A stretch of DNA of 64,000 nucleotides from the human T2T-CHM13v2.0 reference genome, Homo sapiens. The translations under genes were made by a program, and so were the position numbers. The stretch is from the NCBI RefSeq assembly GCF_009914755.1, contig NC_060931.1. One strand, written 5' to 3'. Every line of letters starts with the position of its first letter. Positions within the stretch are counted from its first letter, which is position 1. The notes beneath the pieces are model-generated. The model was not told the DNA's origin. It ran no database searches and was given only the letters and a program-made list of their open reading frames with translations. Positions 1 to 20,566 of the stretch are shown here, one piece after another.

Positions 1-2384
1 CTTGATAGCTTTAACACTCCTCCACTCCTCTCCAGCCCAGTGTCTTAAATCCACACTAACATCCTCCTTCTAGATGATGCGCCCACCTCCCACCTGCTCT
101 CCCAGACTCCTGTGGTCTTGCCCTCCCTTCAATGAACTTGCCAGCTGCTGAAGGGATCATGGCCCTAAAATGCAAATCATAGAATACTTAAAAGAATTTC
201 TAAACCTCCCAGGATTCACCCAGGCTCCTGGCATGGCTTACAGGCTGTAACCCATGATGCAAACCAGGCTTGCCTGTCCTGACAGCCTCATCTCTCTATG
301 CGGGGCACTGTCCTAAGTGGTAGAATTAATTACAGCAGTGAATGAAACAAAGTTCCTTCGCCGATGGGATTTGCCATTTTGTAGGGAAGTACAGACAACA
401 AACAAACAAATATATGAGATGATGTGGTATACATGTGAAAGACAGAAAAGCAAGATAGGAGACAGGGAGTGATGTGGGATTCTGTGTCAGCTGGGATGGT
501 TAAGGAAGGCCATTCTAATGAGATCACATTTGGGCAGAAGCCTGAAGGAAGAGGCTGCTTGCCACCCCACACAGCAAGGGTGTGCCACAGTCATCTGCTC
601 TCCTGGCAGTTCCGAGAGCAGGCTGGGCTCCCCTAGGCCTCTGGGCCTGTGCACGCACACTTCCTCTCCCTGCAGCATTCCATACCATCAAGAACTGAGA
701 TCTTATCTCATGTGCAGGTAATAATCACACATGCCAAAATTTCACGGATGTTGGTAGAAGACATGAGGCTCCTGGGTCAGAGAAGAAGGACAGTTTCTTC
801 ACTTCCAGTAATAGTAACAGCCAGAGTGGCAGCATTTTTGCACTGGTTTTCTGACCCCAGGTGACCCAACACCACCATTCAGTGAGATAGATGAAGTCTA
901 AATAAGAGAGTAAACCATTGTGGAAGGCATTGAAACCATAAAAAGTAAGATGAGAACAGTTGAGAAAAAGACACTTAGAATTGACTGCAACATTTACAGA
1001 GTTTTGGTGTCAGCAGAGGCCTTAGTATTAGGTGATGGAAGCCCGCCACTGTAAGGTTCCCGCCCTTGAGAATCTGCTCAGGACCAGCTGGTGAGATGGA
1101 CGTGTCAGCAGATAAATTGCAAGGCTGTGCTCTCAAGCTCTAGTGCACAAAGGACTATGGGAGCCCATAGAATGGGTAGGAGGAGGCCATTCAAGCTAAA
1201 TCTTGACAGATGGGCAGGAATTCATCAGAAAGACTTAAATATTGGTCTTGAAAATAGCACTGCATACAAGAAAAAAACACATGCATTTATGAGGCAAGAG
1301 TCCCTGAAGTTTCACATTTACACAAAATGATGTGTGTCTTTTGGTGGGGGAAGCGGATGTGAAATTCCCTACAGATAAGCCCAGGCTAGCTGACCAGATG
1401 AGGTGAGATTTCTTTCAGGTACTGCCTAAGCAATCAATGGCCAGAGAGGGCTGCGGGGCTGGGCTGCTGGGCTGCGAGGCTGCTGGGTGCTGAGGGAGCA
1501 GGGGGAATGTTCCCTGGGGTGTGGCTGGCCATGGTGCTCGCCATCCTGGAACAAATCAACTGAGGCGCAAATCTGCAGCACCTTTGCCACAGCCAGAATC
1601 CACGGTGGTTCCTCCGTGAGCACATGCCCTGAATTCCACCTGGCCTGTGCGTCATGCTCAGTTGGCAGGATTTCAGAACCAATGCTGCCAACACCAGACT
1701 CTCCACGTGCGGAGCAATTTATGAAACCCTGGGGCCAGCAATGGCCACCTTTGCATCCTGGAGTTAGGATGACCCTGACACATCCCAGCCCCAGCATACA
1801 CCACCGCGCTGCCCTGAGGCTGGGCTCTACCTTTTGAGAGCTACTGAGCTCTGCAGAGATGTGGGTGAAGGGAGCCACAGACATATCAGTCTGGCAGGGG
1901 CTTAGAGTCACTGCTCTAACTGCCTATCTGGCAGGTGAAGAAACAGAGGCCAGGGCAGGCAAGCCCTGACCAGGGCAGTGTACCTGCTTGGTAGACGAGT
2001 TCTCTCCTTCCCCCAGTGCAGTGCCTACTGTCTCTCTTTAGCTGTGCCTAGCTGGGTTGGGGTCTTTTCTCTGGGCTTCCCTAACCACTCCTGCTGACCC
2101 CTATCTGAGCTCCAACTTCTCCCTGGAAACCACGCATTAACCTATTACCTCCTCGCTACACTGTGAGTTCCTGAGAGGGGCTTGCGTCTTTCTCATCTGG
2201 CAGTTGGCCAGAGCCCCATAAGTACACTCAAGTTGAATGAGCGATTAAATGGGTGACTGCAACAAGCCTGGGCAGGAATGGGTAGTGCTCTTTTTGGTCA
2301 TGGCTTCTTAAACACAAACAAGGTGGGCTTCATTGGGCCTTATTTCAGAAAAAAATATTCGTCTTATTATAAAAAGTAATGTTT

Positions 2385-2710
<326 letters not shown>

Positions 2711-4360
2711 TTACAAGTTAAAGAACTGATGAGTCGATTGTGCTGTTTTGATTCTGTGGCTCCTGTCATCCGTCTCACTCTACCTCCCAGCGACACAGTC
2801 CTGTCCTCCTAGATACATGTACCCTAGCTTGAGAAGTGGGACTGCGGGAAGCTGGGCCAACCAGGTGGCTTATTCACTGTCTGCTGGGGCAGGAGGCAGG
2901 GCAGGGGCAGGAGGGAGGCAACCCCAGCCTGTGCCCGGCTTCCCCGAGGCGTGTGCCTTGTGCGGCTGCTGAAGGAGTGACTCCTGAGGAAACCAGCTTT
3001 TCCAGGGAGGCAAGGGATGGGAGAAGAGGGTGGAGAAGGAAGTGGTCACACCACTTGCCTTCTGCCAATACTGTCCCTTTCTTACGCGTTAACCTTCCAC
3101 TCTGAGCTATGACACTTTCAGTACTAGTGTGGTAAGTTCTACAGGAAACAGGAAACATGGTTTAACAGACATCCCTTTAAGCTTTAAGTGTAGCCCAGGC
3201 CCTGTTCTAGCTAGAATGAAGTTTTGCATAATGAATAGATACCAGATTCCCCTGAAGGGCTCTTGCCCCAGAGACTCTCAGTGGCCCACGTTCACAGGTA
3301 CTTGCAGGCATGCATATATGCTTCTCACCTCTTAGGAAATGGCCTTTGCAGGCATGAAAAAACAAATACCTCAAGTTCCCTTCCTGAGCCTCTTAGGCAA
3401 CATGAAAAAACTACATACCAATCCCGAGAATGGAAGCTGGTTTGGAGTTTCACCTCACAAAAAGCTGGCCCCACCATGCTCACCCAAATGGCAGATTTAT
3501 GAAGGTTCTGTTTGACAAGAGCAAAGGATCCACTTTGAGCAGCTCTGGGCCTATGGAAGGCAAGGTGTTCATGTTTAAGCACAAAGGTAAACAGAGCATA
3601 GCAGCAGGTTACAGAGATCATTTATTTTCCCGCTGATGACAGACATGAGCTCTGGCCCAGGGCCCAAACTTCTTATCCTTGAAAAACACATTTTACAGAT
3701 TGCCGGCAGAGACAGCCAACCCAGATTAAGCTGCCAGACCTAACTATTTTAGATCTTCCTCCTACTCCTCTGGAAAAAAAAAATATAAGATAACGATTTT
3801 TGTCCCTGAAAAACAATGAGAGGAACTAAAGGAAAGCCCGGGCTCTATTCTTAGGGGTCTGCTGCCCTCCAGAAAGCCCAGCGTACAACTTCAGGCAGGC
3901 CCATGACACGCCAAGTGTTTGCATTTTGGAAGAATCCTAATAGAATTCCTTCAAGTGGCAGATTCCTGAGGACATTTCAGGATTTATTTACAGATCGTTA
4001 ACTTACTTGTCACAGAAACCGAAGGGCAGGGAAATTTTGAGCTGACATTTTGGAATGCCACCCTCAAAGGGTGATCAACCAGAAATAAAGATAAAGTGCC
4101 TTTGAAATGATAAATATGAAGTAATGGGGACAAGGATTTGTTTCATAGGCACCATTTCAGAAAAACATCTCTAATGTAAAGTGAAGCCCAGAAGTATATT
4201 TTACCTGCTCTTCACTGACTATGTAATTAATGTTTCAGTGACTGACAATTCTCACTTATCACCATAAATTTTTTTCTAGAAATTGCCACATAAATTGGAG
4301 CATCATAAAACAGGTTTCTGCAAACTGGTTTGTATGTTTTTTATCATAAGAATGAGGTTA

Positions 4361-4672
<312 letters not shown>

Positions 4673-4905
4673 TAATGAAGTTATAAATTTGGACTTACAT
4701 TCTGGGTTAGGGACTTGACATCAAGCACATCAGATATGATTTGATAATTTCTGTCAGGAATGCAATAATAAAATAGCTCTAAACTCCGTGGTCATTATAA
4801 ATAGTAAACTCATGCTCCAAGCACTATAAAATGGGCATGGGCGCACTGTCTGCATCCCACTGGTTTCCTGTTACCCCACCTGCTGCCTCTTGCTTGACCA
4901 TGGGC

Positions 4906-6281
4906 TGTTGATGGAAACTGAGGACTAAACTTATAAGGCCCACCAAGCTTATCTTGCCTTGCTTGCTTTTAGCCGCTTGCTTCTAGCTGATTTTAAAATC
5001 CATATAGCTAAATAATATATATCTGCCAGTAGCTTCCTTATAGTTAACAACTCTAAGGCATTGCTCACCATGGTAACAGTTGTTTTTCAGGAAGTGGGGG
5101 TCAGTCCTTGTCCACTTCAAACCAGCTGAGACCACCAGCCCTTCAACTGGACCTGTGTGAATGTCCAGTTGATATGGACAGGAGACAGGGAAATACTGGG
5201 TAGAAGAGGGTGGTTCCCTGGCAAAGGCCCCACCCTAAAGCCTGGAAACCTGCAGCCTGGAATGAGAACAAGCATTCCTGTTTTCATGCCCAAATGTTGC
5301 CTTTTGGTCTGGAACGCCCCCTATCCTGTAGTCATATAAACCCTAAGCCCCAGGCTCTACAAGCAGATGAGCAGACAAACAGAAGAGCAGAAGAGCTGCA
5401 GAACGGCGTGGCAGAGAAGGAGAGTAAAGAAGGAGCATCTGAACATCAAGAGGAGTTTGGCTGGGGCAGTCAGGGAGGAGAGGTAGGCCATTGGACAGCC
5501 AAACTCCAGGGAAAGGTCATTTTCCCACTCCATCCGCTTTCCGGCTCCCTGCTGACAGCCACCTCCACCACTCAATAAAACCCCCACATTCACCATCCTT
5601 CAAGTCTGTGTGTGATCTGATTCTCCCTGGACACTGGACAAGAATCCAGGTACCAAGACGGCACTGAGCTGTTTAACATTTAAGCCATCTGCGGATGGCA
5701 GAGCTAAAAGAGGACTGTAGCTCATCCACTGGGGCTTCAGGAGTTGCAGGCTCCTACCCCTAGACACCACTGGTGGGCCGGTGCCCAAAAGCGCTCACCC
5801 TGATTCCTGCACCTGCCTGCGTGCTCCCTCTCCCGTAAAGGGTTTGAGCACACACAGTGGCTGAACAGACGAGCCACACCCTTGTTGCATGTCCTGCAAG
5901 GAGGTTCAGGGAAACCTCCCGTTTCACAGTGGGTGACCTTTTGATGTTGGAGGGCCAAAAACTCCACCCTCAGATCACGCTAATGATCTCATTTTGTTAA
6001 CGTGCATCCTGTTAAGAGCCATGAAGCTTGACTACACTTGTGCAGGTCACTCATTGCCTTGTTTTCCCTTACTCCAGTCACCTTTCCCCATGCCTCGGAC
6101 CGCCTTGCTACTCTACCCCATAAATATCCATAAAGCCTCTTCTACGGGGAGGCAGACCTGAGAGGCATTCTCTAGCTGCTCACTTAGCTGCCTCAAGAAT
6201 AAAATCTTTTCTCCACTGCCAAACTCATCATCTCAGTGATTGGTTTACTGTGTAATGGGCAGAATGTGCCTGGCCACTAAC
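4906..6281 (+). mobile_element. Older ERV1-class LTR split by the MER50 insertion
   Basis: LTR-type sequence continues across the TSD; AATAAA at ~6198; ends ...actaaca; subfamily not assigned, left boundary approximate. Confidence 0.65.
5170..5926 (+). mobile_element. MER50-like solo LTR nested in an older ERV1 LTR
   Basis: tgatatggacaggagacagggaaatactggg...cccgtttca; perfect 4-bp TSD cagt at 5166-5169 and 5927-5930. Confidence 0.88.
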
Positions 6282-6510
6282 ATGCTCACATCTACTTTCT
6301 CAATACACTAACTCTGAGGTAAGGAAGGCATATCTTAGTTCCCGAGTTCAACAGATGGGGAAACTGAAGTTCAGGAATACTTCAGCTTTGGAAGCACGGC
6401 AGAGACTTAGCAAACAGGTTTTCTTTCAGTGCTTAAGTCCTCACTTTCCAATCTCTGTAGCCCTGCTCGTGACACAGTGGACATTGTGCATTTGCTTGTC
6501 TCACATCTAA

Positions 6511-7118
<608 letters not shown>

Positions 7119-9461
7119 TGGGATGCTACTCTAAATGCACATTCATTCTAGCTCCCAAACTACTTTTTTTTCGCTATTTCTAAATCAAAATGCTTTTCGA
7201 CATTGCTATGTGGAAACTGTGGGTTTTATAAAGTTATAAAGAATAGTTTAATAAGAAATTACACCCAAGAAAAGTATAAAACACATTACAATATAAATGT
7301 GACCTGGCACTTAGAATAAACATTTGCTTTGCAATACTCTCATTTGTTTTTTTCCTAGAATTTAAATGAGACTTTTTTGGAACCAGATTTTTAAAATAAA
7401 CAAATGAACAACTGTCCCTAAGAAACCTTAGCTGACACCTTTTTTGTTTCTGTCTTAAAGTTCCCAGCCAAGGTTTTCAAAATCTTTCCCCTGACCTCAG
7501 AACTGCTGGAAGTGGTGCAGTGCTGACTGACAGTTTGTTGACAAGAGAGGCAACACTTCACACTTCACTGGAAAGCATAAAAGCGTGCTCCAGGTCATTA
7601 ACTGAGACTTTTAAGAGGAACTGCTTGCTGCATTATGATAGTGGGATTCAGGAACATTTCTTTGCAATTCGTACAGTTTTGTTGTTTTTTCACAAAATGG
7701 AATTCAAATGCACAGAATGCAATTAATAAAAATTCTTGATTCATGGCACACTATCATCATTGGCCCGTGAATGGCCTTATTTTACTTTATATCACATTTA
7801 GTAATGAACACCTGGTAAAACCAAGGCCCAACCAAGAACTAGAATATCACCACCATTTTACCTTGACCTAAGGGAAAGGGAAGGGCACCCACTCTATCTC
7901 TGCCCTCTGGCTCTCTCACATAGGTTACTCTTCTAAATCTGTTGTTTGTCATTCCTTTGCTTTTTAAAGATGAGTTTTACCAAATATGCTTGAACATCTA
8001 AATCATATGTAATTGGGTCTTCTCAGGTGATAAAAGTAGTATCACCCTGTATATAGTCTTCTCTAGCCTGTTCTTTTCACTCAACAGTGTTTCTGAGACA
8101 TTCATGTGGTTGGTAAAGCTGTAGTTCCTTAATTTTCACCTCTGTGTTATAGTCCCTTGTGCGACTCTACTAAAATTTATATTTTTTCCTGCCAGTAGAT
8201 ATCCGAGTTGTTTCTATTTCTTTCTGTAAGACAAACTTTTTTGCTTAGAACAATCTTCTGTTTCATATTAGGTGCTAATGTTTCTCTTGGGTATATAACT
8301 AGATGAGGAGTTACTGGGTCTTCAGGCATGAACAACCTTATAAGGTAATGACAAATTATTTTCCAAAGTGGTTATATTAATTTACATTTCTACCAGGAAT
8401 GTGATCACATTGATTCACATTCCCTTCAAACTCAATATTGTCACACAAAATTTTTATCAATAGGTGTAAAATGGTATCTCTGTGGTTTTGACTTCCATTT
8501 CCCTGATAATGAGGTTCAACAGTGCTTCATGATTTTTAGCTGTATGTATTTTTTCTTCTGTGAAATGTCTGTTTGAATCTTTTGCAGTTTTGCTAGCTTT
8601 TCCCTCTTTTTGTTTGTAGGAACCCTTATCTATTCTGCATGCTAATCCTTTGTGCTATAATAACTTCAGTTGGAATTTTTCTTCTATTTCTTTAAAATAT
8701 TTTTTGATGACATGTTTTGGTGACTAATTTTAACATATCTGAATTTGTGAATATTGTTTCTTACGGTGAGCATATTTTTGTGTGTTATTTAGGAAATCCC
8801 TCCCTGTTCTAAGATGAGAACAATATTAGCTTATTTTTCTCTAAAAGTGAAAGTGTGCTTTTAACACGTAAACTCTTAATCCTTCTAGGTTTGATTTTTG
8901 TATATGGTGTGAAGTAAGATCTGATTTCATTTTTCCACATGGATAACCAATTTTTCAGCTCCATTTATTATTCAATCTTGCCTTTCTCCAGTTCTGTACT
9001 TCCAGCCTGTCTTAAAAATTCAAATATGCATGAGTCTGATTCCTGGCCCTCTATTTCTATCTATCAGTCAGTTCATTTATTCCTGCACCAAGACCACACT
9101 ATCTTAATTAGTATAACTTTATAAAAAATCATAATGTCTGCTAGAATAATTCTCCCCTTTTAATTTTTCTTCAGAAATACCTTGGCTATCCTTGACATCT
9201 GCTCCTTAATATATATTAGAATTAACTTCTCATGTTCTATGAAAAATCTTTTGGGGATTTTGACTGTAATTCATTACATCTGTAGATTAACTTGGAGAAA
9301 ATTCATGTGTTTATCATAAGAACTTATGATTCATAAAAATGGGATCTTTGTCCATTTAGGTATTCTTTAATGCTTTTTGCTAAAATTTTGTAATTTTTTT
9401 GTATAGATTTTACACATCTTTGTTAGTTTTTTTTTACCCTAGAACTTATATAGTTTGGTGA

Positions 9462-9808
<347 letters not shown>

Positions 9809-9946
9809 AATATTTGTTTTTAAAAATAAATTGTGCTTTTAGATTGTGTCTGGTATAGAGAAATGAAACTGAATTTTTATATTGATCTTATCAAAATCAT
9901 CTATTATGTCTAAGAATTTATTTTTAGATTCTTTGGGGATTTCTAC

Positions 9947-10714
9947 TGAGAACTAAGCTCTGATTTTTTTTTTATCTTGCCCCAATTCCTATCTAAGGGG
10001 TCTGTGGAGTCATGTCCTACAAACCACAAATTCTCATCAGAAGGGTTTTATTTAACCCTGTATATTGTGGCTTACTTTCCAATCTGACTCTGGCATAACA
10101 AGGAAGAAAAGCAAAATATTTTACCTCAAAACATGTTTCTCTGCCGTATCTTGAAATGGCCCTGCAAAGCTGTCCCTTGTGGGAAAAAATCCACATTCTA
10201 TAGAGAATCCCTTTCCCCTCCTTTTTTTTTCCTTCCTTCCTTTCCAGATCCAGGAGATAATCAACTAAGAGCCAGGCACCCTTTTAGGTCCTATAAGAAA
10301 CATTTTACAACCTGCTGTCTCTGAAGTCTGCTATCTAGAGCTTACTCTGCACAATAAAACTTGGTCTCCACAATCCTTTATATTAACCTGAACATTTCCC
10401 TTCTGTTGATCCCAGGTCTTCAGATAAACTCAAACTACTGTCAACCAGTAAATGTTTAAATTTACCTATTGCCTGGAAGCTCCCCCTGCTTCGAGTTGTC
10501 CTGCCTTTCTGAACCAAACCAATGTATTTCCTAAATGTATTTGACTGATGTCTCATGCCTCCCTAAAACATATAAAACAAAGCTGTGCCCCGACCACCTT
10601 GGGCACATGTTCTCAGGACCTCCTGAGGGCTGTGTCACGGTCCATGGTCACTCATATTTGGCTCAGAATAAACCTCTTCAAATATTTTACAGAGTTTGAC
10701 TCTTTTGGTCAACA
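9947..10714 (+). mobile_element. MER4D-like solo LTR
   Basis: tgagaactaagctctgatttt...gagtttgactcttttggtcaaca; near-TSD ctac/gtac. Confidence 0.85.
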
Positions 10715-12588
10715 GTACTGTAGACAATCATATCATCCACAAAAAATGATAGTTTTATTTCCTTTATTTCAATTCTTATGTGTTTATTTTCCTTATGGTG
10801 CTGCAAAACATCTCCCTAAAACGCTGACTTGAAAAATGAGGGCAGGCCTCTTTACTTTGGTCCTGATTTCCAAAGAAAAACTTTCCATGTTTTCCTACTG
10901 AGTATGATTTTTGTTGTAGGCGTTTTATTTAAGATTGGATCTAAAGAAGACTCAAAGTCCCGCACAACATTGCTTTAATTCCATTGGCCAGAACTTAGCC
11001 ACACAGCTATACAAAGCTGCAAGGGAGGCTGGGAAATGTGGTGCTTTAGCTGGGTGGGCAAATGGAGTTCTGTTAATTTGATATAGAAGGGAAGAATGGC
11101 TATTTACTTGGTAATGAGTAGGCAGACTCTACCATATCTTTTGGATGTTGCCTAGAAACCAAGGTGGGCATTTAGGCTAGTGTCATATGGATATCTTGCA
11201 AGATATAAAAATGTCTTAGGCCTTTTCATGTAATTATAAAAACAAACAATAACATTACAAAAAAAAGTTGCAAAGGAACTTTCTTAGCCAGCCAGTCCAC
11301 CCTGTCTACTTCCTGATCTCAGAACTCCGTTTGTGCCAAAACTAAGACTCCCTACTTGTCAGGGAGAGAAGAGTAGAAACCACATCATGAAGATTTTCAT
11401 GGTAAAATGAAAAATTGAAGTTTAAGCCAGTTTTAATTACCAGTGCTCTTTGTTACCTCACCACCCCTACTTCCTTGAACTTTGAAGGCATGAGGGAGGC
11501 ATGAGACAGCAATCAAATACATTTGAAGGCATTTCCTCACCCTAGGAAGCCAAGGCACCATACATGGTAGGGTTGTTTCCAGACAAATGTACAGGGAATC
11601 AAATAAGTGAATGCCCAGGTAGCGTATTTTCAAAATATACGTCTGCAGTCCTCCTCCCTTGCTATATACTTTCCCCCACACTCACTGCAATCTGGCCACA
11701 CTGGCCCCTTTTCTGTTCCTCATTGTGATTTTAAAGTGTGGTAACTTAGTTAAGCTATAACTACATTTCCCAAAATTCCCATCTCCCGCCATTGGCAGTG
11801 GGCTGCAGAGAAAAGACTTGGAAAGTAGCAGAGGGGAGGCAGCCAGTAGGCTGTGAAGGTCAGCGAGGGCTGCCAGGCATGGCTGCTGCTCCTCCAGCTG
11901 CTGTCGGATAGCCTTTGTCCTGTCTGAGTCCTGAGCCAGAAACACACAGCTCTGCAGTGAAGGGCACAGGCTGCTTCTGTGGCTTCCCTGTATGATCAAG
12001 GTAGAAAACGGTGCATTCCAGTTTGTCCTTTTGAGTTCCTATTTGTTCTCATGGGTTCCAACTTGCCCTCACAGATTCTAGTTTGTTCTCTCATTTCATG
12101 TTCAGCTTTGCTTCCTGACTCCTGGTCTTGCTGGTCTACTGTGACTTCAGATCCATCTCCAAATGCAGAGGCAACCACCTTCCATGGGCGTCCTCACCAG
12201 TTCCTGCAACTATGTGAGGCCCAATCCATGGAACCCCTTCACAACATTGTACAATAGCTTCATAGTAAGTATCACGATTTAGTAAGGCAGATCCCTCTAT
12301 CACCTTCTCTAGGAGTGCCTTGGCTATTTGGGGAGCTATTTTTGCTCTTCCATAACAATTTTAGAATCAGCTTATTAAGATTTCCCAAAAACTGTAGAAA
12401 TTTGATTGGAATTCAATTGAATCTGTAGATCAGACAAGAGAGTTTCACAGTTTTCTTAGTAATAATTTTGCACATTTTATTTTTATCTCTAGCTTCCTAA
12501 TCTTTTTTTTTTACTTCAGATGATATATATTTTTTAAGTTATATTTTATAACTGTTGTTCTTGTATAAAAACAGTTTTTATATATTGA

Positions 12589-12966
<378 letters not shown>

Positions 12967-13829
12967 TAAACTAATTCTAGTGGTTAGTGGTAGATTATTT
13001 TGGGTTTTCTATCTGGACACATAGTATGTGCTGATAACAGTTTAGTTTCTAATATTAGCTTTCTAATATTTACTTTTTTTCTTGTTCTGTTGTGTTGGCT
13101 AGGATCGTCAGTACAATGTTATTTCATTTTTACACATTCTATGAATATGGCCTCCCCTTCAATCAAATGTCTGCACTGCGTCGCTACTCATTCTTAAGTG
13201 ATGAACTTGCTTATTTCACTGAGAAAACAAGTGTAGAGAGAACTTCCTTAGTCTAATCACCATACAATCTACAAACAAATCTTCCTTTAAACTTTTGTGT
13301 TTCCCTCCCAATACAATGAATGGATTGTGTGTGCTCTCGCCAAGATCAACCTTTCCTCTTGGGCACCTTCTTAAGGAGTTGGCTCTGCAATCACCCTGCC
13401 TCTCCTTCTTGTATCAGCATTTTTTTTTTCTATTTTAAAATGAATCAATCTTCTCAGGTTAAAAACACACTGTCATAGCTTAAGTACACAAAAATGCGTC
13501 CCTCGATCTCACATCTTCTTTCAGCTATTCCAATTCTCTGCTCCCCTTTATAGCAGAACACCTCAAAAGAATCATCCATACCTGCTAGTTTTCACTCTCT
13601 CACCTACAAATTACTCTGTTGGACTACTGTAATGAAGTACTGTTGTTCCCAGAATTCCGCTGAAATAGCCCTTGTCAAGGACAATAACCTCTACAATGTC
13701 AAAGGCGATGGTTGATTCTCACTCCTTATCTTACTTAATCTCTCCGAAGTGTTTGACAGTGTGTGTAGTATAAATACATGGGGTTTGCTTACTCATTAAT
13801 TTTTTCGAAGGGGTGAAGCATTTGGCTGT

Positions 13830-14226
13830 GATAAAATAAAAACTTCAGCCGAATTAAATTTAAAGGAGTTTAATGACTAATGAACGATTTGCGAATCGGG
13901 CAGCCCCCAGAATCACAGCAGATTCACGGAGACTCGAGCGCAGCCACGTGGTGGAAGATTTATAGACAAAAAAAGGGAGGTGAGGTACAGAAAAGCTGGT
14001 TTGGTTGCAGGTTGGCATTTGCTTTATTTGAACACAGTTTGAACACTCAGCAGTATGTGAGTGGTTGAAGTATGGCCGCCGGGATTGGCCAAGACTCAGT
14101 GACTGTTACAGGCGCATACTCCTAAGTTAGGTTTCTGATCTTGTCTGCCTATTAAGCTAGGTTACAGTTCGTCCACAAGGACTCAAATATAGGAGCCTTC
14201 TCAGGCCATATTTAGTTCATTAAAAT
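13830..14226 (-). mobile_element. MER57-like solo LTR
   Basis: Matches recalled MER57 consensus (aaacttcagccgaattaaatttaaaggagtttaat...gggcagcccccagaatcacagcagattcac). Confidence 0.8.
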
Positions 14227-14340
14227 AGCTGTATGATACAGATAAACCTCTGTTTAAACCAAATTTTTCTGTTATTTGCAACCAAATGCATTCCTCACTG
14301 CTTTATAAGTTTATAGAACCTGTTTTAATAATCCCAACCA

Positions 14341-14612
<272 letters not shown>

Positions 14613-15605
14613 AACCGAACCAAAAAACATCTATTATAAGAAGCAACATGGTACAGTGAGGGGGGAAACTGAATTTAGAGTCCAGATGTACTTCTCCTTT
14701 GGGACTAGCGTGGATTTTACTCCCACTCTCAAACTTACTACACTTCAGATCCTACAGCTACTACACTTCGGATCCATTGTGCTAAGAAGGAAGAAAACAA
14801 TGGCTGAGATTGAGGTAACAGTGCATTTTCTCTACTAAGTCTTCCCTCCACCTGGCTGACTAAAAATGTAGTTTGGCAATTGAAAAAATAAAAGGGAGCT
14901 TCAACTTCAGCTTCCCAAAGGTTGGATTAGATGCACTTTCCTTATTTTTCCTATTAAGTGCAAGTAAAAACTTAATAGAAAACAAACCTAAGATGTCTCT
15001 GAAAGGCGGAGATGAAGGGAGACTGGCTAGGGACCTTGGAACCCAAGAAACAACATAGTGGTGAGTTGTCTGGATTTTCCTTTTGCCTTATAAATCCCAG
15101 ACTTGGAGCTGAAGAAACTGGCAACATGTGAACAGCAATAATGCAGACAGAAAAAAAAAAATAAAGTCCCAACAAAAGTTGGCTCTTCCTAGCTAAAGGA
15201 CAAGGAAAAAGGCAACCTAGCAAGACAGAAAACTTTTAGGAAATAACGACTCTACCCTAGCCCAGCACCACAGGAAAAAACTATGGTTCCACCCACACCC
15301 ACACCAGCAAAGGCCAAATGAACACCTCCACCCATGGAGGCTCTAATGAGGTGGCCCTCCCTCTTTCTCTCTGCTGGAGTGATGTCAGAAAAAGCCTGCA
15401 AAACAGAAGGCATAGAAAGACCCAGAGTCTCAAAATATAGTACCCGAAATGCTCAGGTTCCTATCGAAAATCACTCTTCATACCAAGAACCAGTTAGATC
15501 TCCAACAAAGGAAAAAAGACAGTGGATAACAACACTGAGATGACAGAGATATTAGAATCATCTGATAAAGCTTCTGAAGCAGTCATATAAAAGTGCTTCA
15601 ACAAT

Positions 15606-16644
<1,039 letters not shown>

Positions 16645-17572
16645 TCAAGAACTGAGCAAATCCCAAACAGGTAAACCTGTTTTGCTTAATGTATCTTTTT
16701 TTTTTTTTCATTTTCAATATACTGTTTCCTTATTTTACATGTGCTTTGGTTAACATATAAATTTAAAGGATAGAATAAGCTGATATACAAGGCAAACAGT
16801 ACATCACACTCAACAGATACATATTTTTAAGCACATGAAAAAGTTAAAACTTTTGACCATCAACTAGGTCAGAAAGCAAGTTTCAGCAAATTTCAAGGGT
16901 CTGATTATTGCAGAAACCACAATGTGATTACCTCAGTAGTCAATAAAAAAAAAAGAAAATTCCATATGTTTGGAAACATATTACTAAATAACTAGTACAT
17001 CAAAGAATTATGGGAAATTTGAATGTATTTAGAACTATGATCAAAATACTGCATATCAAAAACTTGTGGGATAAAGCTAAAGTAGTAGTTTGTAGAAAAT
17101 TTAAAATCTCACATGTGTGTATTAGAGGAAAAGAGGCTTGAAGCCAATGAAAAAACTAATGAGCTAAGTACCATCTTGAGTTAGGAAAAAAAGCAGCAAA
17201 ACAGACCCAAAGAAAGTAGAAGAAAAGAGCTAATGATGACAAGAGTAGAAATTAAGAGAAATAAAACAAACATAAAAGAGCAAGGATCAATAAAGACAGA
17301 CTTGATCATTTGAAAAGAGATCAAACTGACAAACCTCTGACAATATGGATGGAAAAAAGGAAGGCACAAAAATAATAGGAATGAAAGAAGGAACGTAAAT
17401 GCAGTTGGTGTAGACATTAGGCATATAATCAACAGGCTATGATCAACTTCATATTAATAAATTTGGAAATTCAGATGAAATGGAAAAATTCCTGGTAAAA
17501 TACAACTGAATGAAGGAGAATAAAAAACTTGAATAGTTCTATAATCAAAAGCAAGACTGAATCAGTAATTTC

Positions 17573-19376
<1,804 letters not shown>

Positions 19377-19917
19377 TGAAAATGCAAGCCAGGAACAGAG
19401 AGAAGATATTTGCAACCTCTATAAATGTCAAGAGGTTAATACCAAGAATACATAAAGAGCACGTCAATTCAGCAGGAAAAAGCACCAAACAGAAAAATTT
19501 GCAAAGGATATGAATAGGCAGTACAGGGTGGTGGAAACCAAATGGCCAATAAATACAGGAAAGGACCACCAACCTAAATAGCAATCAGAGTAACATAAAT
19601 TTTAAAGCATCAAAGACACAATTTCAAACTTATCAGATTGGCAATAGTCCAAAAACATCAAGTTATTGGCAATATGGAGCAAGAGGAAATCTTACTTATT
19701 GCTGGTGGGAGACTAACTTGTTACAGACATTTTGCTGAACAATTTGGAATACCTAGGTTACAATGGAAAACATGAACATCTCACATTCCAATAGTTCCCA
19801 TTTCTAGTGATAGGTCTTAGAGAAGCCTTCACACACTGCAGAAGAATATTTGTGTGCTATTTTTAATAGTGAAAGGTAGGAAAAATGTAACTTTACCTCA
19901 GTAAGGAAAAGGCTTTA

Positions 19918-20566
<649 letters not shown>

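Noticed and set aside
1426-1911. 161-aa ORF and overlapping ORFs
   Set aside because: Non-ATG start, no recognisable domain or splice structure; low-complexity end from the GGGCTGC repeat
3302-3419. Short repeated motifs (ttgcaggcatg, cctcttagg, catgaaaaaac)
   Set aside because: Too short and irregular to support a structure beyond an old micro-duplication or chance
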